A DNA stretch of 35,211 nucleotides from a virus (Duplodnaviria; Caudoviricetes): the IMG/VR virus record IMGVR_UViG_3300028025_002403, positions 1-35,211 of that record; one strand, 5' to 3'. Below, one piece after another: positions 1 through 7,842 of the stretch (the first letter of the stretch is position 1; the number at the start of each line of letters is the position of its first letter). The position numbers and the translations under genes are program-made. Under the pieces are notes generated by a model. That model worked only from the letters and a program-made list of their open reading frames with translations, was not told where the DNA came from and ran no database searches.

Positions 1-91
1 GAATAGGGATAAGTCAAGGGTACCCCCCTCTAAGCAAAAGCAATGAGGGGTATTTGCTGGTGCTGAAACGTCGATTCTGGCAAGGCACGTT
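1..91. repeat. 91-bp exact inverted repeat, left copy (partner 34967-35057)
   Basis: 1-91 (gaatagggataagtc...ggcaaggcacgtt) is the exact reverse complement of 34967-35057; the match ends at base 92. Confidence 0.95.
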
Positions 92-168
92 ACCCTCCCC
101 CCTGGCCAGCCACTATGGGCGGGGTGTCTCCCTCAAATTTTCCTGTGTTTTTTAAGAAAGGTAGCAAA

Positions 169-339
169 ATGGATGACCAACTAAAACTCCAAAGAGAAGT
201 GCATAGCGTAGTACTTGGTTTACTGAGACAAGGGTTTACCCTACAATCCGTAATTCATGCGCTAATAGTGGAATCAGAGAAGTTGTCTGAGTCAGCGGCC
301 GTAGTAGAGGCTATTAATGAATTTAACCAAAAACCATAG
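169..339 (+). CDS. hypothetical phage protein
   Basis: ORF 115-339; ATG at 169 follows GAAAGGTAG RBS. Confidence 0.65.
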   Translation: MDDQLKLQREVHSVVLGLLRQGFTLQSVIHALIVESEKLSESAAVVEAINEFNQKP

Positions 340-354
340 ATCGGGATAAACAAC

Positions 355-657
355 ATGGCATACGATAAGCCTTTTGAATTAAAGCCAGGCAATTTTCAAC
401 TCTTTAAAAACCAAAAGAAAACAGACGAGAAACACGCTGACTGGACTGGTACTATCAAACTATCAGACGGGCGCGAGTATTGGTTTAATATGTATAACAA
501 AGAAGGTAGCAAGGGGCCTTATTTTTCTGGATATATCGGAAAAGAGAAACAACAGTTAAATGCCCCAGCGTCTTTTAATTCTTTTGCGCCATCGGGAGTC
601 ATCGGTCGCCCTGAGAATTATGCAGAGGTCGCCCCATTGGATGATGTGCCGTTCTAA
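355..657 (+). CDS. putative ssDNA-binding protein (DUF736-like beta fold, acidic tail)
   Basis: LFKNQKKTDEKHADWTG motif, aromatic beta strands, SSB-type C-terminus DDVPF. Confidence 0.6.
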   Translation: MAYDKPFELKPGNFQLFKNQKKTDEKHADWTGTIKLSDGREYWFNMYNKEGSKGPYFSGYIGKEKQQLNAPASFNSFAPSGVIGRPENYAEVAPLDDVPF

Positions 658-1088
658 TGGCATCGACTAGACCCAAGGCTAAGGTAGCCAGCCAGATTCC
701 ATCCCTACAAAACTGGGGTGGGATTCGGTCTATTCAAAAGAGATTAGAGCGCTCAGCTACGATCTCAGAGAATAGGGAGGCCGTAGCCTATTCCTTGCTT
801 TGTATGGCTAATACGAAGATTACAGACATTATGGAGTGGGATGAGGATGGCCAGGTTAAGGTTAAGGCTAGTAAAGATATTCCAGAACACGCCCTACAAG
901 CCATTAAGTCAATCAAAGTAAACAAGGATGGCAATTTAGAGCTAGAGCTATACGACAAGGTTGGCGTCTTGCGTCTCCTGGCCAAGGCCTCTGGCCTCTT
1001 GGATAACCCAGAAGAGTCAGATAAGCCATCTGTAATTGGAATTAATATCAAACCGCCAGACGTAATGGATATTGAGGTCGGCGAGTGA
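657..1088 (+). CDS. terS: terminase small subunit
   Basis: ITDIMEWD...DIPEHALQAIKSIK...LELELYDKVGVLRLLAK pattern typical of TerS C-terminal region. Confidence 0.7.
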   Translation: MASTRPKAKVASQIPSLQNWGGIRSIQKRLERSATISENREAVAYSLLCMANTKITDIMEWDEDGQVKVKASKDIPEHALQAIKSIKVNKDGNLELELYDKVGVLRLLAKASGLLDNPEESDKPSVIGINIKPPDVMDIEVGE

Positions 1089-1303
1089 ACTTGCTTTTAA
1101 TCAAATGGGCTGGCACTACGCTATGTTTGATTGGCATTTTGCTTACCAGCCTTAACATTTATCCTATTAACGTGGTCTTTGGCCTGGTTGGTAGTGGCTT
1201 TTGGACTCTGGCTGGTATTTATCAACGCGATATGCCATTGTTTTTAGTAGAGGCGGTGGCCGCTTTATTTTATCTAATGGGGTTAGCTCTATGGATGTAT
1301 TAA
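1085..1303 (+). CDS. small membrane protein (about 3 TM helices)
   Basis: 72 aa, almost entirely hydrophobic; GTGA overlap with terS. Confidence 0.7.
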   Translation: MNLLLIKWAGTTLCLIGILLTSLNIYPINVVFGLVGSGFWTLAGIYQRDMPLFLVEAVAALFYLMGLALWMY

Positions 1304-1455
1304 CGCCTTGCGTCATTGTGGACTCAGGTTCTAGCGATCAGCGCGATCGTTGCGAATATTGCAATAAAATATTGCCGATAGACGAGTTGCATCATTGCAA
1401 AACTAAGCCGATAAAGTATTTAAAAGATTTTGTAGCTAGTAAGCAACAACCCTAA
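1291..1455 (+). CDS. small Zn-finger-like hypothetical protein
   Basis: MDVLTP...CEYCNKILPIDELHHC (CxxC...HxC). Confidence 0.4.
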   Translation: MDVLTPCVIVDSGSSDQRDRCEYCNKILPIDELHHCKTKPIKYLKDFVASKQQP

Positions 1456-1515
1456 TACTTTTTATTCTGGTTATGCGATATCGTTTAGCCATAAACAGAA
1501 AAAGGAGTAGCGATC

Positions 1516-1845
1516 GTGAACAATGAACCAGTAGCGTGGATGGAAGCTGATGTATTGCCACTAACGCATATTATCAAAGCCGTAGTTCGCAGAGAACAGG
1601 ATGAGCAACACACTATTCCACTCTATACCCATCCAGTAAAAGAACTAACGGATGAGGAAACTATTAAAAAACTAAAAGCCGAAATATCAAGTTTAAAGCG
1701 TAAAGTAAATCACGAATATATCCGTGCGGAGTTGGCATTAGCAAATAACAAGCTAACCGATAAAGAAATAACTGAAATTTATTTTGATGACCCTGATATT
1801 TTGGTTTTTGCTAGAGCAATACTAAGAAAGGCACAAGAGAAATGA
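1516..1845 (+). CDS. hypothetical phage protein (EPVAW...PLYTHP...LTDEEI family)
   Basis: NNEPVAWM, IPLYTHPVKELTDEE, FARAILRKAQEK modules common in phage accessory genes; AAGGAG RBS. Confidence 0.75.
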   Translation: MNNEPVAWMEADVLPLTHIIKAVVRREQDEQHTIPLYTHPVKELTDEETIKKLKAEISSLKRKVNHEYIRAELALANNKLTDKEITEIYFDDPDILVFARAILRKAQEK

Positions 1846-2012
1846 ACGAACAAAAAGCATACAAAGATTATGCAATGACTCAGGATGAGGTAGCTGAAAA
1901 GCTATTTCTACACCCTAAAAGCATTTTGGATATTGAAAAGAGAGCGCTAGCCAAGCTCAGAGTCATTATGCAAGAACGCGGCTTGACTGCACAAGACTTA
2001 CTGGCTGACTAA
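1842..2012 (+). CDS. sigma-70 region-4-like HTH mini-protein (56 aa, not in ORF track)
   Basis: MNEQKAYKDYAMTQDEVAEKLFLHPKSILDIEKRALAKLRVIMQERGLTAQDLLAD; MTxxEVAxxL...IExRALxKLR; ATGA and TAATG coupling to neighbours. Confidence 0.75.
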   Translation: MNEQKAYKDYAMTQDEVAEKLFLHPKSILDIEKRALAKLRVIMQERGLTAQDLLAD

Positions 2013-2311
2013 TGCGTAAAATATTCTACATTTTATTGCTCTCAGCTGGCGTTTGCCAGGCTGAGACTAAGCTCTACTCTGACGGACTTAACCTACCAGC
2101 TGGCTCATCGTATCAAGTTGGTAATATGACGCTATACCAAGACGCTTTAAATCTGCCGTACGCTAGCAAAACTGATTTAGGGTCTATCTCGGTATTCGCC
2201 AACTCTTTAAACCTACCGTCTGGCGCAGTAGTAGTCGCTGGGCCTAATGTATTTGGTAACGACTATCAACCTATCTGGGAATCGAAAGGATTTAACTATG
2301 AGCCATTTTGA
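2012..2311 (+). CDS. secreted/periplasmic protein with three internal repeats
   Basis: signal peptide MRKIFYILLLSAGVCQA; repeats LYSDGLNLPAGS / LYQDALNLPYAS / VFANSLNLPSGA. Confidence 0.7.
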   Translation: MRKIFYILLLSAGVCQAETKLYSDGLNLPAGSSYQVGNMTLYQDALNLPYASKTDLGSISVFANSLNLPSGAVVVAGPNVFGNDYQPIWESKGFNYEPF

Positions 2312-2621
2312 GCCTAACAATCCAGGCAATGTTTTAGTAATGGAATATGACCCAGAAGAAGCTAAAGAGTCAATTCAAAGATTAGCAAAGGCGCTTACTC
2401 CAGAACATATTGCAACAAAGCATGATGCGGTCAACCATCCAAAGCACTATACCAGCCATCCATCTGGCATTGAGTGTATTCAGATTACAGAGCATATGGG
2501 CTTTTGCCTTGGCAACGCGGTTAAGTACATCTGGCGAGCTGACGAAAAGCATGACGCCATAGAAGATCTGCGTAAAGCCAAGTGGTATATCGAGCGCGAG
2601 ATAGCTAAAAGATTAAAATAG
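2298..2621 (+). CDS. DUF3310 (SaV-like) domain protein
   Basis: DAVNHPKHYTSHPSGIECI...GFCLGNAVKYIWRA...EDLRKAKWYIEREI; ATG 2298 after GAAAGGA. Confidence 0.9.
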   Translation: MSHFEPNNPGNVLVMEYDPEEAKESIQRLAKALTPEHIATKHDAVNHPKHYTSHPSGIECIQITEHMGFCLGNAVKYIWRADEKHDAIEDLRKAKWYIEREIAKRLK

Positions 2622-2635
2622 TAATGTCTTATTTT

Positions 2636-2664
2636 TGCATGATTTTTTATTCAAATTTCATGCA
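2636..2664. terminator. hairpin between convergent genes (possible terminator)
   Basis: TGCATGA (2636-2642) / TCATGCA (2658-2664) arms; no clean U-tract on either strand. Confidence 0.35.
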
Positions 2665-2687
2665 CTTACAGGAGTTTTTAAAATAGG

Positions 2688-3113
2688 TTACAGCTCTAAC
2701 GGGTACGTTTTAATTGGCTCGCTACTTTTTAGGTCAACATGACAAGCCCATTTAACCGACTCTTCTGCGCTAAGCCCCATTCTCATGCAGACCTCAGCGG
2801 CCATTGCGCCGCTACCTATTGCCATAAAAGTCTTAGCTCTTTCCCATTCCAAGTCATCCCCGCAATAAAAAAGACCGTCTTGGGTTAGTTTAATAAACGA
2901 GCTATCTGGTTTTAGCTTTGGCTTAGCCTTGGTTTTTTTATTGATGTAGTCAACAACCTTTTCGCAGTCAACCCAGTTTCCAGCAACGCCAAGCCAGCCG
3001 CCGTCAATAGCTACAACCTTTTCGTCAAAGTATTTAATACCAGTATCGTCGTCAGAAAATTGACTATCAGATACTAATATTTTTCTATTCCAGTCGCCGA
3101 TAATAGTAGTCAT
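2688..3113 (-). CDS. Ntn-hydrolase, proteasome-beta/HslV-like peptidase
   Basis: N-terminal M-TT-II, SDSQ, conserved K, GVAG, AIGSGA. Confidence 0.75.
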   Translation of the reverse strand: MTTIIGDWNRKILVSDSQFSDDDTGIKYFDEKVVAIDGGWLGVAGNWVDCEKVVDYINKKTKAKPKLKPDSSFIKLTQDGLFYCGDDLEWERAKTFMAIGSGAMAAEVCMRMGLSAEESVKWACHVDLKSSEPIKTYPLEL

Positions 3114-3115
3114 GT

Positions 3116-4081
3116 TTAAACTTTGTTAATACATCCCCTAAATTCAAACTCATCCTCGCCGCATACCTGGATAAGCTCAGGTAGCATAAGGCGCCCACGT
3201 TCAAAGGATAACAGGGCAAAACCTGATCGCCAATCCTTTGGGTTATCTTCGGTGTAATGTACGAATTGCTCTGAGTCTGGGTCTGCTAAGGTGCCAGTTT
3301 GCACCCCGTATCGCGTACCGTTGTAGTCTGTAATAGGCTGAACCGCTAAATTGTGAGTATGGCCAGTAATGATATTTACCCCAGAGTTAAGGGCATTAGA
3401 TCTACCAGCCGCAAACCCACCTTTCCAGCGATGTTTAATAACTGTATCTTCATTTACCCAGTAACTCCAGCAAGGTTTCCATAGTGGGAAGTGGTCTTTT
3501 AGAGTCATTCCTGGTACGCCCTCATACTGCGGAGCTTGCGCGGCTAAGAATGTTTCAAAGCGAGCATCGTGATTACCCATAGTCCAGATCAGCTCAGCGC
3601 CGATAGCGGCCTTTTCAATACCACTCATAAACTCTTGGCAAGCCTCCAGCTCTTCTTTAACCGATGGCGTCTTAGACCAACCGATACGGGGATGGCGTGA
3701 GGCTTGTGAGCCGTCAAATACGTCGCCGTTAGCGATCACTACCTTTGGTCTGAACTCTTTAATAATCATCAAGAGCGCTTTGTATGCGGTGGTATAGTCA
3801 TCTGGCCAGAAATGGGCGTCAGAAAATACAACTACGCGCCCTTTCTCCATCTCAATGCCACGTCTTGCGTTGCCAGGCGTTTGCTCTATTCTTTTGACTA
3901 TTGCATCTACTCTTTGACTATTAAAAGTATCTAGCGTGATGCCATACCTACATTCGATTGATCTACGGCGATTCATTACAGACCGAGGGTTTAATTTATG
4001 CTTTTGAGCGAATAGGTTGGGGCTACCTATTTTTTTCCACTCTTCAATGAATTGGTCGTCTGTAAGGTGATATCCTGACAT
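3116..4081 (-). CDS. calcineurin-like metallophosphoesterase with N-terminal helical domain
   Basis: all five motifs: SDAH, GDVFD, GNHD, KH, GHTH. Confidence 0.9.
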   Translation of the reverse strand: MSGYHLTDDQFIEEWKKIGSPNLFAQKHKLNPRSVMNRRRSIECRYGITLDTFNSQRVDAIVKRIEQTPGNARRGIEMEKGRVVVFSDAHFWPDDYTTAYKALLMIIKEFRPKVVIANGDVFDGSQASRHPRIGWSKTPSVKEELEACQEFMSGIEKAAIGAELIWTMGNHDARFETFLAAQAPQYEGVPGMTLKDHFPLWKPCWSYWVNEDTVIKHRWKGGFAAGRSNALNSGVNIITGHTHNLAVQPITDYNGTRYGVQTGTLADPDSEQFVHYTEDNPKDWRSGFALLSFERGRLMLPELIQVCGEDEFEFRGCINKV

Positions 4082-4152
4082 ATAATCCCTAAGAATTTTG
4101 TATATCGTTGTTTATACAGTATATTTATAAAAATATCATTAAAAAGGTAGCT

Positions 4153-5712
4153 ATGTCTCGTACAAAAGAAAAAAGCTCCAAAGAAATACCGAACTCTGGA
4201 TTAAATTTAGACTTCTCTAAAAGCCCAGAGATATACAAGTTCTTAACCAGTAACGCTTTCGTGCGTGGAATGATGGGGCCAGTAGGCTCTGGCAAGTCAT
4301 ACGGGTGCGCCGCTGAGGTATTCATTCGAGCAATTCAGCAAAAGCCTAGCCCTATCGATGGCATTCGATATAGCCGTTTTGTTATTGTACGTAATAGTTA
4401 TCCAGAACTAAAGACTACGACGATAAAAACTTGGCTTGACTTATTCCCAGAAAATACGTTCGGGCCAATGTTGCATACGCCACCGATTACTCACCATATC
4501 CGCTTGCCTAGTCGCGATGGCGCCGCTGGTATTGACTGCGAGGTAATCTTCTTAGCCCTTGACCAACCTAAAGACGTACGTAAGCTACTATCCCTAGAGC
4601 TAACAGGCGCATGGGTGAACGAGGCGCGAGAGTTGCCAAAGGCGGTGATCGATGGATTGACTCACCGCGTAGGTCGTTACCCTACTAAGCGTGATGGTGG
4701 CGCGAGCTGGCATGGTATTTGGATGGACACCAACCCAATGGATGACGACCATTGGTGGTTTAGGATGGCTGAGAAGGAAAAGATGACGGGCGCGTATGCC
4801 TGGAAGTTTTTTAGGCAACCAGGCGGCGTAATTGAGATGGCCAAGGAAGATCTGCCAGAAAACCCAGAGGCTAATGATTGTATTTTTTCAGCTGGTAAAT
4901 GGTGGGTTCAAAATCCTAAAGCCGAGAATATTGAGAATTTACCGCCAGGCTATTACCAACAGATGTTACTTGGTAAGAATTTAGACTGGATTAGATGTTA
5001 TGCCGAGGGCAAATATACCTACGTTCAAGAGGGTAAGTCGGTGTGGCCAGAATACAACGATAATATTATGGCTTGCGATGTTGAGGTTGACCCTAGCGTA
5101 CCTATCCAAGTCGGTCTTGACTTTGGTTTAACCCCAGCGGCGGTGATTGGCCAGCGTTTACCTAGCGGTACATGGCAGATATTGGATGAGGTAGTTACCT
5201 TTGACATGGGATTAGAGCGTTTTGGTACTCAACTACTAGCGGATATCAACCTAAAGTACCCAGGGATGCAAGTTTTAGTATGGGGAGACCCAGCTGGTAT
5301 GGCTAGAGACGCGATCTATGAGGTAACTGCGTTCGATTACTTAAAGACTCTAGGCTTTCGCGCCCAGCCAACCCCATCTAATGATTTCAAAGTACGTCGC
5401 GAGGCTGGTGCCGCGCCCATGCAGAGACTTATTAACGGTAAGCCAGGGCTATTAGTTGCAACTCATTGCAAAATGCTACGTAAATCCCTTGCTGGTGGCT
5501 ATCACTTCAAGCGTGTAACCGTAGGCTCAGGGCAAGAACGCTTTAGAGACGCGCCCAATAAGAATGAACACTCCCACGTAGGCGATGCTTTTGGATATTT
5601 GCTACTTGGCGGGGGAGAGCATAGACGATTAACTAAGGCTAACAATCCTAATAGCAGAACCTTTGTAGCTCAGACCGTAGCTAACGGTGAATTTGACGTA
5701 TTTAGCAGATGA
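4153..5712 (+). CDS. terL: terminase large subunit
   Basis: Walker A GPVGSGKS, Walker B AWVNE, DTNP coupling motif, nuclease GLDFG and SHVGDA; ATG 4153 after AAGGTAG. Confidence 0.95.
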   Translation: MSRTKEKSSKEIPNSGLNLDFSKSPEIYKFLTSNAFVRGMMGPVGSGKSYGCAAEVFIRAIQQKPSPIDGIRYSRFVIVRNSYPELKTTTIKTWLDLFPENTFGPMLHTPPITHHIRLPSRDGAAGIDCEVIFLALDQPKDVRKLLSLELTGAWVNEARELPKAVIDGLTHRVGRYPTKRDGGASWHGIWMDTNPMDDDHWWFRMAEKEKMTGAYAWKFFRQPGGVIEMAKEDLPENPEANDCIFSAGKWWVQNPKAENIENLPPGYYQQMLLGKNLDWIRCYAEGKYTYVQEGKSVWPEYNDNIMACDVEVDPSVPIQVGLDFGLTPAAVIGQRLPSGTWQILDEVVTFDMGLERFGTQLLADINLKYPGMQVLVWGDPAGMARDAIYEVTAFDYLKTLGFRAQPTPSNDFKVRREAGAAPMQRLINGKPGLLVATHCKMLRKSLAGGYHFKRVTVGSGQERFRDAPNKNEHSHVGDAFGYLLLGGGEHRRLTKANNPNSRTFVAQTVANGEFDVFSR

Positions 5713-6203
5713 GAGTCTCATTACCTTACGATCTCCTTAATGAAGAGATGCACCGCCGCAAAGGAGTGTATTACTTACCCTTTGCCCCAGAGCATTTTGA
5801 CCATTTAGATTTTGACCACAAAGAGATATCGGTATTGTCTAAAGGTTACGATATTAAATCCATGATCGCTAACCAAGCTGAGCTAGGTACCGCGTTTACT
5901 GCGTTTAGATACGGTAGGCCTATCGCCATAGTGGGCGTGGTTATCATCTGGAATGGCGTAGGAGAGATGTGGAGTATCTTTGATAACCAAGCTAGAGATA
6001 TTCCAACAACTATGCTTAGAGCGGCTATTGACTTTAGCGATATCGCAATGAGATATCTACACTTGCATAGATTACAAATAACGGTTAGAACTGACGATAA
6101 TCGAGCTAAACGATATGCAGAAGCGATCGGGTTTAAGACTGAAAACGTGATGCAAAAGTATGGCCCAGATCAAGTTAATTATTTACTTATGACGAGGTTT
6201 TAA
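5709..6203 (+). CDS. GNAT-fold acetyltransferase-like protein (T7 gp13/DUF2833-like)
   Basis: GVGEMW...HRLQITVRTDDNRAKRYAEAIGFKTE...YGPD C-terminal GNAT pattern. Confidence 0.7.
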   Translation: MRVSLPYDLLNEEMHRRKGVYYLPFAPEHFDHLDFDHKEISVLSKGYDIKSMIANQAELGTAFTAFRYGRPIAIVGVVIIWNGVGEMWSIFDNQARDIPTTMLRAAIDFSDIAMRYLHLHRLQITVRTDDNRAKRYAEAIGFKTENVMQKYGPDQVNYLLMTRF

Positions 6204-6204
6204 T

Positions 6205-6450
6205 ATGGGTGCAATGTTTGGAGGCGGCGGTAGTCCAGATATGTCTGGTCAGATCAATGCGCAAAAAGAAGAGAACGCAAGACTAAAAGAGCAAGCAGAT
6301 CAAGAGCGTCGCGATCTAGCTGAGCAAGCCGCTGGCCGAGTTGCGGCCCGTCGTCGTGGCGGTTCACGTATGCTTTTAGCAGATACACGCTTAACTCCAG
6401 AGATGGGTGTTGAGCAGACTTTAGGTACTAACAAAGGAACGGGAGTTTAA
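6205..6450 (+). CDS. small virion protein (T7 gp6.7/gp7.3-like position)
   Basis: MG-rich start, coiled coil, ARRRGG..LL..TLG end; precedes portal. Confidence 0.6.
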   Translation: MGAMFGGGGSPDMSGQINAQKEENARLKEQADQERRDLAEQAAGRVAARRRGGSRMLLADTRLTPEMGVEQTLGTNKGTGV

Positions 6451-6451
6451 T

Positions 6452-6700
6452 ATGGGTGGAGTCGTCAGTCCAGTAGCACAAATGGTAGGTTTGGCAAAAA
6501 AGACAGTAGGTCAAACTGCTCAAAACGTAGCTGACTTTGCGTCGGAAAAACCAGCTGAAACTAAAGCTAGCCGTATGGATGAAGAGCAAGGCGCACGTAT
6601 GCGTGGCGCTCGCCGTCGTGGCCGTCAGCTTTTATCTGATGCTCGTTTAAATCCTGAGTCTGGTACAGAGACTTTAGGTGGGGGACAAAGCCTTGGATAA
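6452..6700 (+). CDS. small virion protein, paralogue of upstream gene
   Basis: ARRRGRQLLSDARLNPESGTETLG aligns with ARRRGGSRMLLADTRLTPEMGVEQTLG. Confidence 0.6.
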   Translation: MGGVVSPVAQMVGLAKKTVGQTAQNVADFASEKPAETKASRMDEEQGARMRGARRRGRQLLSDARLNPESGTETLGGGQSLG

Positions 6701-6701
6701 A

Positions 6702-6839
6702 ATGAAATCTAAAGTTGAAAAAGTTATGCGCGAGTATAAAGCTGGAAAATTAAAATCTGGCTCTGGCGATAAAGTTAAATCACGCGATCAAGCCGTAGCT
6801 ATTGCTATGTCTGAGGCTGGAATGGCTAAGAAGAAATAA
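6702..6839 (+). CDS. small basic protein, DUF6496-like (45 aa, not in ORF track)
   Basis: MKSKVEKVMREYKAGKLKSGSGDKVKSRDQAVAIAMSEAGMAKKK. Confidence 0.8.
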   Translation: MKSKVEKVMREYKAGKLKSGSGDKVKSRDQAVAIAMSEAGMAKKK

Positions 6840-7417
6840 TGGCTATTGAAGTTAAGCGTGAGTCGCTTGATACTAAAGCACGTCATGTATCTCCAGCATA
6901 TGTGGATAAAGACGGTAATAGCTACATATCTAGCTCTGATAGACCATTCCCTGTAATTGATGTAAATCACTTACGCTTGCATGAAGGTCGAGCTTATTAC
7001 GCTTATAAGCAATATCCATATGCCGCTGGTCTTGCCGCTGGCTCTAGTATTGATATTGCCGTAGCTTTTCCAGCTGGCGTTACTCCTCATGCAGTTTTTG
7101 GGTATGGCGGTTCTGGTGAAGCTGAATTTTATGTGTATGAAGATCCTATTACTAGCGGTGGAACGTCTTTAACAATTAATAGGCGTAATAGAAATTTAGC
7201 TACAACTAGCTCTGGTGTTGCAGTAGTGGCACCAACTGTTACATCAACTGGCACCGAGTTAATGGCTGAGTTTGTACCAGCTGATAAACAAGGTGGTGGC
7301 GGTCAAAACTATACTTTTGAAATGGTTTTAAAACCATTAACTACTTATTTGTTTAGGTTGACCAATGTTAACGCTCAACCTCATGCGGCTAACCTTATAA
7401 TTGAATGGTACGAATAA
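6839..7417 (+). CDS. hypothetical beta-rich structural protein
   Basis: 192 aa, TAATG-coupled, in head module, ends WYE. Confidence 0.7.
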   Translation: MAIEVKRESLDTKARHVSPAYVDKDGNSYISSSDRPFPVIDVNHLRLHEGRAYYAYKQYPYAAGLAAGSSIDIAVAFPAGVTPHAVFGYGGSGEAEFYVYEDPITSGGTSLTINRRNRNLATTSSGVAVVAPTVTSTGTELMAEFVPADKQGGGGQNYTFEMVLKPLTTYLFRLTNVNAQPHAANLIIEWYE

Positions 7418-7842
7418 TGGAAGATTACACAAAAGGCAGATGTCCAGAAGTGCTTATGGATAAAAAAATGAGCATCTTTAATCATCGCGTTTGTATTACT
7501 AAAGCTGATCTTGGGCCAGCCAATCCTAAAATGCCAGAGACAATTTTTTGGCTAATGAAGTCTGCTAAATGGAATGTTAGCGAATGTGCCGCGCGCGAAA
7601 TGATTTGCGGTAATTGTGGCCATTATTGGAAAACTAAATTTATTGATGACTGCATGAAGAAATATGAGCAAGTAACTCCACCAGAGGTTGACCCAGCATG
7701 GGTTGATACTGGTGAGTCTGGAGGTTATTGCGATGAGTGGGATATTCCATGCACTCATTCACGTACTTGCGATACATGGGAGCCAGGCGGCCCCATTACT
7801 GACGCTACAAAAAAGAACCCGTTTGAGGATGAGGAAGAATAA
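7417..7842 (+). CDS. Cys-rich protein, HiPIP-like or metal-binding
   Basis: CGNC...GYCDEWDIPCTHSRTCDTW; TAATG coupling at both ends. Confidence 0.6.
   Translation: MEDYTKGRCPEVLMDKKMSIFNHRVCITKADLGPANPKMPETIFWLMKSAKWNVSECAAREMICGNCGHYWKTKFIDDCMKKYEQVTPPEVDPAWVDTGESGGYCDEWDIPCTHSRTCDTWEPGGPITDATKKNPFEDEEE

Noticed and set aside
1-91. True inverted terminal repeats of a protein-primed or hairpin-ended linear genome
   Set aside because: No protein-primed polymerase or protelomerase; the repeat interrupts a gene and is not flush with the right end
4104-4125. Possible LexA box (TATACAGT half-site)
   Set aside because: No CTG left half at the required spacing
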